Assembly: GCF_902713615.1 (NCBI RefSeq)
Contig: NC_052158.1
Coordinates: 40,415,729-40,479,728 of the forward strand
Direction: 5' to 3'
Origin: Scyliorhinus canicula
Lineage: Eukaryota
Length of the DNA stretch: 64,000 bases
Below are positions 34,771 through 47,245 of the stretch, piece by piece. The notes under the pieces were generated by a model. That model was not told the origin of the DNA. It searched no databases and saw only the letters and a program-made list of their open reading frames with translations. Position 1 is the first letter of the stretch; each line of letters starts with the position of its first letter. Both the position numbers and the translations under genes were made by a program.

Positions 34771-37700
34771 TGCTCCTTTCTTGTTTCTTTTGTTTAATAA
34801 ACATTTTATTGAGGTATTTTTTGGTATTATAACAACAACACAATAAGCAATGTACATGAAACTATAAACATAGTGCAAAAGCCGCCTCCCTCCCTCACAG
34901 GTCCCACCTTTATTAACCCCCTATTCTCAGCTAAACTAACCCCCCCCTTTCTGTTGACGATTAATTTTCCGCGAAGAAGTCAACGAACGGTTGCCACCTC
35001 CGGGCGAACCCTAACAGTGACCCTCTCCAAACAGAGAAAGCTGGCCATGTCCGATAGCCAAGTCTCTGACTTTGGGGGCTTTGAGTCCCTCCAAGCTAAT
35101 AGCATCCATCTCCTGGCTACCAGGGAAGCAAAGGCCAGCACGTCTGCCTCTTTCTCCTCCTGGATTCCCGGAGCTTCTGACACCCTGAAAATCGCCACCT
35201 CTGGACTCAGCGCCACCCTTGTTTTTAATACTGTGGACATGACATCTGGACATGTATAAAGGACATGGTTCGCTGGCCCTCCTGCACACTTTGCACATCT
35301 GTCTTCCACCCCAAAGAATCTGCTCATCCTGGCCACTGTCATGTGAGCCCTGTGAACAACATTAAATAGTATCAGGCTGAGCCTGGCACATGTTGCGGAC
35401 ATGTTGACTCTGCTCAACACGTCCGCCCACAGACCATCCTCCATCTCTCCTCCTAACTCCTACTCCCACTTGTGCTTCAGCTCCTCGGTCTGCATCTCCT
35501 CTGATCCCATAAGTCCCTTGTAAATATCCGAGATGCTCCCTTCTTCTACCCATCCTGTGGAAACTACCCTGTCCTGAATCGCCCTCAGCGGTAGGAGCGG
35601 GAAGGTTGGCACGTGTTTACGAAGGAAGTTCCACACCTGCAGATAGCTGAACTCGTTCCCCCTCGTCAGCCCAAACTTTTCCTCCAACGCCCTCATACTC
35701 GGAAAGCTCCCCTCTCTCAACATATCCCCCATCCTCTCAATCCCTGCTCTCCGCCATATCCGGAACCCCCCATCCATACTTCCCGGGGCAAACCGGTGAT
35801 TATTACAGATTTGGGACCAGACCGATGCTCCCTCTGCTCCCACATGTCTCCTCCATTGCCCCCAGACTCTCTGGGCCGCCATCACCACAGGGCAGGTGGA
35901 GTAACGTGCTAGCGGGAATGGCAGAGGCACAGTTACCAACGCCCCAAACTGGTGCCCTTGCATGAAGCTGCCTCCATACGCTCCCATGCCTTCCCCTCCC
36001 CCACCACCCACTTCCTGATCATGGCTATATCTGCCGCCCAGTAATAGTTGCTAAAATTTGGCAGCGCCAGCTCGCCCTCTCCCTGACTCCGCTCAAGCAT
36101 TACCTTCCTTACCCGCTGGGTCTTGCCCGCCCAAACAAAGCCAGAGATCACTTTGTTGACCCATTTTAAAAAGACCGCGGAATAAAGATGGGGAGACATT
36201 GAAACACAGACAGGAATCTCAGGAGGACTGTCATCTTCACAGTCTGCACCCTCCCAGGTAATGACAATGGGAGCGCGTCCCATCTCCGAAAATCGTCCTT
36301 CATTTGGTCCACTAGCTGGGCCAGATTTAATTTATGCAGCCGGTCCCATTCCCGCGCCAGTTGAATGCCTCGGTACCTAAAGCTTCCCCCTACAAATAAA
36401 CGGCAGCTCCCCCAATCGCAACTCCTGTCCCCTCGCCTGGACCGCAAACATCTCACTTTTCCCCATATTTAGCTTATGCCCCAAAAACCGGCCAAATTCC
36501 CCTGGAGTCCTCATGATTTCTTCCATCCGGTCTAATGGGTCAGATACATACAGAAGCAGGTCATCTGCATAGGGCGCGGCTCTGTCCTCCAGCCCCCCCC
36601 ACCCCGGACCAGCCCTTTCCAGCCCCTTGAGGCTCTCAGAGCAATTGCCAACGGCTCTATAGCTAGCGCGAATAACAGTGGGGAGATGGGGCATCCCTGC
36701 CTCGTCCCCCGGTGCAGTCTAAAATAGTCCGATATTGTCCTATTCGTCCATACACTTGCCACAGGAGCCTGATACAGCAACTTGACCTAGTCAATTAAGC
36801 CCCGCCCAAATCCGAACTGTCCCAGTACCTCCCACAGAACATCCCATTCTACCCGATCAAAAGCCTGTTCTGCATCCATTGCGATCACTACCTCACCGCC
36901 CTACCTTCCGGGGGCATCATGATCACATTCAACAACCTTCTTACATTGGCCACCAACTACCCACCCTTAACAAACCCTGTCTGGTCCTCCCAAACAACGT
37001 CCGGAACACAATCCTCAATCCTGGAGGACAAAACATTGGCCAGCAGTTTGGCTTCCACATTCAACAGGGATATCGGCCTGTAGGACCCACACAGCTCCGG
37101 GTTCTTGTCCCGCTTCAGAATCAGCGAAATCGTGGCCTGTGATTTCGATGGGGGCAGCACCCCTCTTTCCCTTGCCTCATTGAACATCCTCATCAACACC
37201 GGCTCCAATATCCCTGAGAACGTTTTCTAAAACTCCACTGGGTACCCGTCCGTCCCCGGCCTTCAGACCCTCCACTATCTCTTCCAACCCGATCGGGGCC
37301 CCCAGCCCTTCTACCTGCTCCCTGTCCACCTTTGGGAAATTCAGCCCTCCCAGGAAGTGCCTCACCCCTCCGGCCCCGTAGGGGGTTCCGACCTATACAG
37401 CCCACTGTAGAAATCCCTAAACGCCTTATTCACCCCTGCTGAATCTCCAACCAGGTTCCCATTTCCATCATTTACTTTCCCAATCTCCCTGGCTGCCTCC
37501 CTCTTTCTCAGCTGCTGTGCAAGCATTCTGCTGGCCTTCTCTCCATACTCGTAGATCGCCCCTGCACCTTTCTCAGCTGGTCCACGGCCGTCCCTGTGGT
37601 TGACAAGCCAAACTCCGCCCATAGCCTCCGCCGTTCCCTTAAAAGCCCTGGCTCTGGGGTCTCCGCATACCTATCAATCTGTAATATCTCCTTAACCAGT

Positions 37701-38915
37701 CGGCCCGTATGGGCCTTCTCCCTGTGGGCCCATATCGAGATCAGCTCCCCTCTGACCACCGCCTTCAGTGCTTCCTAGACCATCGCTACTGAAATCTCCT
37801 CCATGTCGTTGACCTGCAGGTATTACTGAATACATTTCCTCAGCCAAAAGTCCCACATCTAACCTCCAGTGCGGGCGCTGGTACAGTCTTTACTGACCTG
37901 CAGGTCAACCCAGTGCAGAGCATGGTCTGAGATTGTGATCGCCGAGTACCCCGTGTCCACCACCCCTGCCAGTAAGGCCCTGCTCAAAATAAAGAAATCA
38001 ATCCGGGAGTACACTTTATGCACGTGTGAGTAGAAGGAGAAGTCCTTCACCCTCAGCTGCCCAAATCTCCATGGATCCACCCCCCCAAAAGTGCTCCATG
38101 AACCCTTTTAGTTCCTTTGCCATTGCTGGCACCCTGCCTGTTTTCGAGCTTGACCAGTCCGAGCCAGGGTCAATAACTGTGTTGAAGTCCCCTCCCATGA
38201 CCAACCTGTGCGAGTCCAGGTCCGGTATCTTCCCCAGCATCCTCTTTATAAACTCCACATCATCCCAATTCGGCGCATACACATTTACTAATACCACCTG
38301 CAGCCCCTCCAGTTTCCCACTGACCATAATGTACCGACCTCCCATGTCCGAAACTATTCTACCCGCCTCAAACACCACCCGCTTATTGATCAGGATCACG
38401 ACCCCTTGAGTCTAGTCCCGAGTGAAAGACCTGGCTGACCCAGCCTTTCCTCAATCTAATCTGGTCAGTTACTCTAAGGTGCGTCTCCTGCAACATTACC
38501 ACGTCCGCCTTCTGTCCCCTAAGATGCGGGAACACATGTGCCCTCTTGACCGGCCCATTTAACCCTCGAACATTCCAGGTGATCAGCCTAGTTGGGGACT
38601 CATTGCCCCCACCCCCCCCTTTCGCCGATCAGCCATCCCCTTTTTTGGGCCCACCTCCAGCCCATGCTCCGTGCCTCCACCGTCCCCTCCCCCAGGCAGC
38701 CTTCATCTCCAACCTCCTCTCTGTCCCTTAGCACAAATCCCTCCCTCGTCAGCAGTACATTCCCCCCGCCTCGTAACAACACTCTATAAACCAACCCCTT
38801 TGATAAACTGAACACGTGCACACCCACTGCGCTTCCGTGAGCTAGCCCGCCCAGCTAGCTTGGTGGCCCCCATCCCTGGCGCCTGATAGTCTCCCACCTA
38901 TTGTTCCCTCCCCAC
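34771..38915 (-). mobile_element. L1-clade LINE ORF2 (EN+RT), frameshifted, 5' truncated
   Basis: WNVRGLNGP, NVYAPN, GGDFN, YRPISLLN, RQGCPISPLLF, YADD, LALPNF; T-rich tail at 34771. Confidence 0.92.
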
Positions 38916-39350
38916 CCTGTTTTGAAGGCAAAGGCCCTCTAAATTTACTGGATGCCAGGCCTGAATTTCCAGGATGTTGCGGAGGTTCTGCAGAGCCACC
39001 AGGCAGCGGAGGGAATCTCAATGTCCCAGTGAATCGGGCGGGAGGCAGAAAATGGGCTTCATGCTTGCTGCGATTCTCCTGGCCGGCCATGCCAGCCCCG
39101 ACAAGGTTCTCGCCCCGACCCGGCAAATAGCTCACCTAAAGCTGATTTGAATATGATTTACGGGCACAAAGCCCAATTTCAGCTTCCTCCTGGGGGTGGA
39201 GGTTGTGGTGGGGTAGGGGGAGGGGTTGGTGATCGGACTGGGTTCAGGGCTTTCCTGGGATGGGGGGGGGGTCATTTGGTTGGCCTTCCCATCTGCAGCG
39301 TTCGAAGCCTTTAAACAGTTAGTCAGCATGTCAACACGGAAGAATTGATG

Positions 39351-39657
39351 GGGTAGTACAGTGGCACAGTGGTTGCCACTGCTGCCTCACAGCACCAGGT
39401 ACCCAGTTTCAATTCCGACCTCGGGTGACTGGCTGTGTGGAGCTTACAAACTCCCTTCGTGTCTGCGTGGGTTTCCTCCCAAAGTCCAAAGATGTGCAGG
39501 TTAGGGGGATTGGCCCTAAATTACCCCTCACTGTCTAGAGGTAAACTGGGGTTATGGGGACAGGGCAATGGAGTGGGCCTTGGTCGGGTGCTCTTACAAA
39601 GGATTGGTACAGACTTGATGAGCCAAATGGCCTCCATCTACACTGTTGGGATTCTAA
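39351..39657 (+). mobile_element. Older HE1/V-SINE-like SINE
   Basis: Diverged head, B-box and V-domain. Confidence 0.75.
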
Positions 39658-40387
39658 GAACCTGTGCTTCTATTAATGTTATCTGAGAATAAAATTAAAG
39701 TCTTCCTATCTTCGACTTAACCCCTTTAGTTTAAACTGTCTATGAGCATGCCAAGTTTAAAGATCTGAAGGATAAAGATAAAAGTATTTCCTTTAATGTG
39801 GTGGAAATCTTTGAAATGTTTATTTCACAGTCAGTTTCATTGCCCTTTAACTCTCTCAAGCCTGTCTGCATGCCTCGAACCCAAAAAGCTTTGAACTGCA
39901 TTGTTTACATTCAATTTCACAGGCCATTGCCTTTAAAAACATTTTGATTGACAGGTGCAGGCAGTTTCAAAGGAAGGCTTATCGTTGTTTGTTTATATAT
40001 CTCCCTAAAGAGGTCCATTAACTGAGCAGCTGATTTTCGAAGCGCAGTTTTTGTTTTAAAGAGCTAAAGTTCTGCACAACAAAGAGACAGCCTCTGCGAC
40101 TTTGCCAGAACTGAATGATTCTTGGAAAATTACTATCACTATCTCTGCAGCTACTTTCTTAAATATTCGAGGCCCCAAACCAATAGGGGACTTATTGGCC
40201 TTTAGACCCAATCGTGTCCCGAGAGCTTTTCTCCACTGATGGTTATTATATTTATTTCCTCCCCTATTTTGCCCCTTGATTATTTAGTACTTTTGGTAAG
40301 CTATTAGTGTCTTCTACAGTGATGCAAAGTATTTGTTTAACTCTGCCAAATCCTAGTTCCCCATTTTTATTTTGCCAGTTTCATCCT

Positions 40388-43300
40388 CTTTTTCTAAAAA
40401 ATAATTTTTATTCAAATTTTTCAACAACAAATTTTCTCCCAACAATAAAATAAACAAAGTACAAAAATAAACAGGAGAAACACCCCCCCCCCAAATATAA
40501 AGCAATAAATTATTAACAATACAAAAAAGCAACAAAAAAGAGTAGCAGACAAACAGTCGCAAAAACAACCCCCCTGAACAGATTCCTAACCCCCCCCTCC
40601 CCACCCCCCACCCCCCCCCCCCCCCCCCCCCCCCCCGGTTGCTGCTGAGATTGACCACCCTCTAACGCTCTGCCAGAAAATCGAGAAAGGGCTGCCACCG
40701 CCGGAAGAACCCTTGTACCCATCCCCTCAGGGCAAACTTGACCTTCTCCAGTCTGATGAACCCGGCCATGTTGTTAACCTAGGCCTCCGGGCTTGGGGGC
40801 TTCGCGTCCATCCACTGCAACAGAATCCTACGCCGGGCTACTAGAGACGCAAAGGCCAGAATGCCAGCCTCTCTCGCCTCCTGCACTGCCGGCTCCGATG
40901 CTACCACAAAGATCGCGAGCCCCCAGCCCGGTTCCACTCTAGACCCGACCACTTTGGACAAGGTCCCCGCCACCCCCTTCCAGAACCCCTCTAGCGCCGG
41001 ACACGCCCAGAACATGTGGGTATGGTTCGCCGGGCCCCCCGAGCACCTCCCACACCTGTCCTCTCCCCCAAAGAACCGGCTCATCCTGGCCCCAGTCATG
41101 TGGGCCCTATGCAGCACTTTCAGCTGAATCAAGCTGAGTCGTGCACAAGAAGAGGACGAATTCACCCTCCCCAGTGCATCTGCCCACGTCCCCTCGCCTA
41201 TCTCCTCCCCTAGCTCCACCTCCCACTTCGCTTTCAGTTCTTCCACGGAGGTCTCCTCCTCCTGCATCACCTGATAAATTGCCGAGATCCTACCTTCACC
41301 GACCCACGTCCCCGCGAGCACCCTATCCTGCACCCCCCTAGGCGGCAGTAACGGAAACTCTGCCACCTGCCGTTTAACAAACACCCTAATCTGGATATAT
41401 CTAAAATTGTTCCCAGGGGGAGACCCCACTTCCCCACCAACTCCTCTAAAGTCGCAAACTTCCCGTCGAGGAAAAGGTCTCCCATCTGCCTGATGCCTAC
41501 CCTATGCCAACTCAAAAACCCACCATCTATTCTCCCTGGTGCAAACCGGTGGTTGCCCCGTATCGGGGCCCACACCGAGGCCTTCACCTCCCCACTATGC
41601 CGCCTCCACTGCCCCCAAATTTTGAAGGAAGCCACCACTACTGGACTCGTAGAATACCAGAATACCTTGCCGGGAGGAGTGGCCGTCACCAGTGCCTCCA
41701 AAGTCATGCCCACACAGGACGCCACCTCCATCCTCTTCCATGCGGCACCTTCCCCCTCCATCACCCACCTACGGATCATCGCCACATTCGCAGCCCAGTA
41801 ATACCCACATAAGTTGGGCAACGCCAAACCGCCTACCTTCCTGCCTCGTTCCAGGAATACCCTCCTCACCCTCGGGGTCTTCCGCGCCCACACGAACCCC
41901 AAATACTCCTGTTAACCCTCCTCAAAAAAGCCTTCGGGATCAATATGGGGAGTCACTGGAAGAGAAACAAGAACCTCGGGAGCACCGTAATCTTCACTGA
42001 CTGGACCCTCCCCGCCAAAGAGAGTGGCAACGCGTCCCACCTCTTAAACTCCTCCTCCATCTGTTCCACTAACCTCGAAATATTTAGCCCATGCAGGGCC
42101 CCCCAGCTCCTAGCCATCTGGACCCCAAGATATCTAAAGCTCCTCACTGCCCTCTTCAACGGGAGCTCTCCTATCTCCCTCCCCTGGCTCCCTCGGGTGC
42201 AGTATGAACAGCTCATTCTTCCCCACGTTGAACTTATAGCCCGAAAAATCCCCAAACTCCCCAAGTATCTTCAGCACCTCTGGCATCCCCCCCGCCGGAT
42301 CCGCAATGTACAGCAGTAAATCATCCGCGTACAGCGACAACCGGTGCCCCCCCCCCACCCCCCCCCCCCCCCCCCCCCGCACAATCCCCCTCCAGTTCTT
42401 CGAATCCCTTAGTGCCATGGCCAAGGGCTCAATTGTTAACGCAAAGAGACAACCGGGACAACCAAAAGTCCTCCGACATCCTCCCATTCATCACCACACT
42501 CGCTACCGGGGAGCTGTACAGCAACCTCACCCAGCTAATGAATCCCTCACCAAACCCAAATCTCCTCAACACTTCCCACAGGTAGGTCCAATCCACTCTA
42601 TCGAAAACTTTCTCCGCATCCATCGATGCTACTATTTCCGCCTCCCCATCCGCCGACACCATCATCATAACATTGAGCAGCCGCAGCACATTGACATTCA
42701 GCTGCCTCCCCTTCACAAACACCGTTTGGTCATCGTGTATAACCATCGGGACCACATCTTCCACCCTCCTGGCCAGTATCTTGGCCAACAACTTTGCATC
42801 CACATTGAGGAGCGAGATCGGCCTATAAGACCCACATTGGAGGGGGTCCTTATCCCGTTTCAGGATTAGTGAGATTATTGCCCGAGACATCGTCGGGGCA
42901 GAGCCCCCCCTCCCTCGCCTCATTCAGGGTCCTCACTAGCAGCGGGCCCAGCAGATCTGAGAATTTCTTATAGAACTCCACCGGGAACCCATCAGGCCCC
43001 GGTGCTTTCCCTGTCTGCATGCTCCCCAGCGCCTCTATCAGCTCCTCCAACTCGATTGGGGCCCCCAGACCCTCCACCCGCTCATCTTCCACTCTTGGGA
43101 ACTCCAGCTTATCCAGAAAGCGGTCCATCCCGCCCATCTCCCTAGGGGGCACTGCCCGGTACAGCCCTCGTAGAAGGATCTGAACACCCCATTAATGTCC
43201 CTACCACTCCGCACCAGGTTCCCTCCTGCATCTGTGGCTCCCCCTATCTCTCTCGCTGCCTCCCGCTTCCGGAGCTGGTGGGCCAGCATCCGACTTGCCT

Positions 43301-44485
43301 TCTCCCCGTACTCGTACACCTCCCCCTGCACCCTCCTCCACTGCGCCTCCGCCTTCCGGGTGGTCAGTATGTCGAACTCTGCTTGGAGACTGCGACGCTT
43401 CCTCAAAAGCCCCTCCTCCGGGACATCGCATACCTCCTGTCCACCCTTACCATTTCCTCCACCAGCCTCTCCCTCTCAACCCTCTCCCCATTCTCCCTCT
43501 GCGCCCGAATGGATATCAGCTCCCCTCTAACCACCGTCTTCAGCACTTCCCAGACCATCCCAACTTGCACCTCCCCTTTGTCGTTGGCTTCCAAATACCC
43601 CTCTATACCCCTACGGACCCACCCACATACTTCCTCCTCTGCCAGAAGCCCCACATCGAACCTCCACAGTGGGCGCTGATCCTTCCCCTCCCCCAGCTCC
43701 AGGTCCACCGAATGCAGAGCAAGGTCAGATATGGCTATTGCCGAATACTCCGCCCCCACCACTCTCGGGATTAACACCCTGCTGAGGACAAAAAAGTCAA
43801 TCCGGGAATAAGCCTTGTGGACATGGGAGAACCTGCGCAACCCAGCCTCTTCTCAGCCTCACCTGATCCGCCACCTGAAGGTGCGTCTCCTGGAGCATGG
43901 CCACGTCCACCCCCAGCCCCTTCAGGTGCGCCAGGACCCGGGGCCGCTTCACCGGCCCATTCAGCCCCCTCACGTTCCATGTGACCAGCCGAATCTGGGG
44001 GGTCTTCCCCCTCCCTCTGCGCCGGTCAGCCATAGCTCTCCCTCAGCTCACCACGTGCCCACAGAACCCCCCAGGCCTGTTCCACACGGTGGCAGACACA
44101 CCTCCCCCAACCCCCCCCCCCCCCCATCAACCCCCCCAGCAGTTCCCCTTCGGCCCCTGCAGCAGCAACCCGGTATCCCCCCACTATTCCCCCCCAAACC
44201 TCCCACCCCAAGCTAGCCCCCCCCCCCCCCCCCCCCTCGCTGTGTAACCCCCTCCATTGTACTTCCGTAAGTCAGCCGACTCCTGCTGACCCTGGCTGCT
44301 CCAGCCATCCCAACGACCCCCCCTCCTGCTGCAACACAACCACCACTCCCCCCCCACCCAGTACCGGCCCCGCCTACTGCCCCTTCAGCGTGGGAGGAAA
44401 GCCCACGCTTCCATCCCAAACCCCGCCCCCCCCGACCCAACACGCGGGAAAAGACGGGCACGTGACCCATCAGGACTGCGAAACC
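40388..44485 (-). mobile_element. Second L1-clade LINE ORF2 with an internal EN deletion
   Basis: LVTWNVRGLNGP, MLQETH, KAPGPDGFP, YRPISLLNVD, YADD, GGLALPNL, HMFWACP. Confidence 0.92.
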
Positions 44486-44700
44486 GCTCCCCATTCTTTG
44501 GTCCCTTGCACTAGATTTCTCCGATAAATATTAAATGCTAAATGCACTAATCTCCTAGTTACTCCTCTACTTAGTGAATTACTCTAGTTTTTCATATTTA
44601 TAACAGATTCCCAACCAGCCAACATTGTCACAGCTTTACTATGACGTCACATTTCAGTTTTTTTCCCAGTCCGCGATTCACAACAGCTAATTTATTTATG

Positions 44701-44940
44701 CTTATTGTTCTGAAGCTCCTCCTCCCTGAGTTCATGACAAATCTGCTCCCTGACGAAGAGGCCACGAATCGCCGAGGTAAGTTTTTTATACTTACTGTTC
44801 CGACTGTCCTCCTCCTTGAGTTCGCTCAACTCCGCTCCCTGCCAACTAGGCCGTGAATCCCCGAGGTAAGTTATTGATACTTACTGTTCCAAAACTCCTC
44901 CTGCCCAAGTTCATGCTAACTCCGCTCCCTGCCGAGTAGG
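44701..44940. repeat. About 89-bp tandem repeat, 2.7 copies
   Basis: Units start at 44701, 44791 and 44880. Confidence 0.7.
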
Positions 44941-44942
44941 AT

Positions 44943-45152
44943 CCCAGTGTCTCCTCTCTTTACACTGGAGCTGCTGGACGAGGTCTCTTCAATCTCACTG
45001 TGAGGGGGGAGTCCAGGGTCCCAGTGTCTCCTCTCTTTACACTGGAGCTGCTGAATGAGGTCTCTTCAATCTCACTGTGAGGGGGGAGTCCAGGGTCCCA
45101 GTGTCTCCTCTCTTTACACTGGAGCTGCTGAATGAGGTCTCTTCAATCTCAC
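44943..45152. repeat. 77-bp tandem repeat, about 2.7 copies
   Basis: CCCAGTGTCTCCTCTC at 44943, 45020 and 45097. Confidence 0.9.
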
Positions 45153-45418
45153 TCTCCACCGACCCAGTATCGATATGTTGGATTTTGGGTCTCCTTAGTA
45201 ACCAGTGACAGGTGGCTGCTTATTTCTGTTATTGTCTCGGTTTCTGGTTCTGTGGATTAAGCTCAGAGAAAGGTTCAAATTTAACAATGTCAAGTCAGGT
45301 GGAATCTTAACTGACTTGTTGCTTGACTGGATTATGGAGTCTGTAAACAGGATTAGTTTCCTCCTCAGAGAGTTTGATTCCCAGTCACTGATTGGAACAG
45401 GGACAGTGGATTCCCAGA

Positions 45419-45470
45419 ATGTTCCTGATCCTTTTCTCCATCTCCCTGTGTTTTTCCTGGGTCTCTCCCG
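45419..45470 (+). CDS. Candidate signal-peptide (leader) exon MFLILFSISLCFSWVSP|x
   Basis: ATG, 17 mostly hydrophobic codons, perfect phase-1 donor G|GTAAGT; CTGATTGG (inverted CCAAT) 24 nt upstream. Confidence 0.55.
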
Positions 45471-45759
45471 GTAAGTCCAGAATTCACTCTTCCATTCTCA
45501 CTCTCACTCTCACTCTCTCTGTCCGTCTCTCTCTCTCTCTCTCACTATCCCAGTTCGGGCTCTGATCAGGAAATTCCCTCAGATTTACAGGGATTGTGTA
45601 TGTTGTACGGGAATGGCCTTGCTCCAGTTTGTCGAGAGGCAGTTTAGCAGTTCTCTGGGGGAGTGGGACCAGAGTCAGTGTGTTCACTGTGAGGGGGGCA
45701 TCCAGGATCCTGGCCATCACATAAAGTGCAATAATATTCAGGTTCTGGACAGACATCAT

Positions 45760-46175
45760 GGGCGCGATTCTCCGACCCCCACGCCGGGTGTGAGAATCGC
45801 GGGAGTCTCGGGCGATACATGCCACGCCGCCCTGGCACCCGCACGCGATTCTCCCACTCCCCAAAACGGCGTGCTGCGTTTTACGACAGGCCGCTTGGAG
45901 AATCGGCGCTCACCGTTTCTGATGGTCGAGCGGCGATTCTCCGCCCAGATGGGCCGAGCTGCCTGCCTAATCCGACCAGTGCACGCTGGCGCCAACCACA
46001 CCTGGTTGCTGCCGGCGTGAACAGCACGTGACCACTGCGTGTGGAGCCTGTGGGGGGGAGGGGGGGGAGGATCGAGCACCAGGGGGGTGCTCAGGAGGGG
46101 TCTGACCCGCGATCGGTACCCACCAATCATCGGGCCGGCGTCTCTGAAAGACGCACACTTTTCCCTCCTCTGCCC
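45760..46175. mobile_element. Truncated MITE
   Basis: Starts GGGCGCGATTCTCCG; resembles 5880-6366. Confidence 0.7.
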
Positions 46176-46763
46176 CGATCGGCAGATCTTGGAAGATTGG
46201 GCATCACTCCTCCATGCCCGATCTTCCAAGTCTGCATCAAAAAACATCAGTTTCCCGAAAAACAGCATTTTTGAAAGTTAGTTTCACACGCTGCTGCACG
46301 GAAAAATTCCGGATTGGCTGGGGGGTCCTGACAGTCCAGATTTTCCTTTTTCCTTGTAACAGTTTAATGGCCCTGGGACCACCAATGTGACCATTACCTG
46401 TGGAAACTGATCTGCGATATCGCACACTCCTGCAGGAAGAGCAGGTCGGCTTTGTCCTTGGTAATCCAAAGTGGCAACACCTCACAAAGTGGATTTAACA
46501 CTATGCAGACTAATGGAAGCGATCTCTACCACAACTGGAACATGTTTTGTCATTTACCAGATCTGTTGTCATTGACAGTTCCAGTCCAATTGTCAGCTCC
46601 TGCCACGCCCATCACATCCACATATTGCCCCACCATGGAAAGGCTGTGGAAACTGTCCTGAATCTCCCCATTGGGACTGTTCCATCCAGACGGTATCACT
46701 TCCTCTGTTGGAACAGTGTCTCCATCGATCCCCCTCCAGGCACATTGCTGCTCCTGGCTTCCC

Positions 46764-47245
46764 TGAGCTGGGCTGTGTTGAACATGTTACTGCTCACCGT
46801 TTCTTGGAGCTGGGCTGTGTTGAACACGTTACTGCTCACTGTTTCTTGGAGCTGGGCTGTGTTGGGCACGTTACTTCTCACTGTTTCTTGGAGCTGGGCT
46901 GTGTGGGTCACGTTCCTGCTCCCCGTTTCTTGGCGCTGGGCTGTGTGGGTCATGTTACTGCTCACTGTTTCTTGGAGCTGGGCTATGTTGGGCACGTTAC
47001 TTCTCACTGTTTCTTGGCGCTGGGCTGTGTTGAACAGGTTACTGCTCACTGTTTCTTGGAGCTGGGCTGTGTTGGGCACGTTACTTCTCACTGTTTCTTG
47101 GAGCTGGGCTGTGTGGGTCACGTTCCTGCTCCCTGTTTCTTGGAGCTGGGCTGTGTGGGTCACCTTCCTGCTCACTGTTTCTTGGAGCTGGGCTGTGTTG
47201 GGCACGTTACTGCTCACTGTTTCTTGGAGCTGGGCTGTGTTGTGT
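46764..47245. repeat. 42-bp tandem repeat, about 11 copies
   Basis: Unit GAGCTGGGCTGTGTTGGGCACGTTACTTCTCACTGTTTCTTG; gives 14-aa periodic ORFs on both strands. Confidence 0.92.

Noticed and set aside
45656-45682. WGSGTRVSV, resembling an Ig/TCR J segment
   Set aside because: No heptamer-spacer-nonamer RSS at the proper distance upstream and no canonical donor after it; likely chance.
46237-46740. Possible alpha-1 exon or Harbinger transposase remnant after a strong acceptor at 46362
   Set aside because: Stop codon in frame with the leader exon, no MHC motifs, and only a weak FPQV resemblance.
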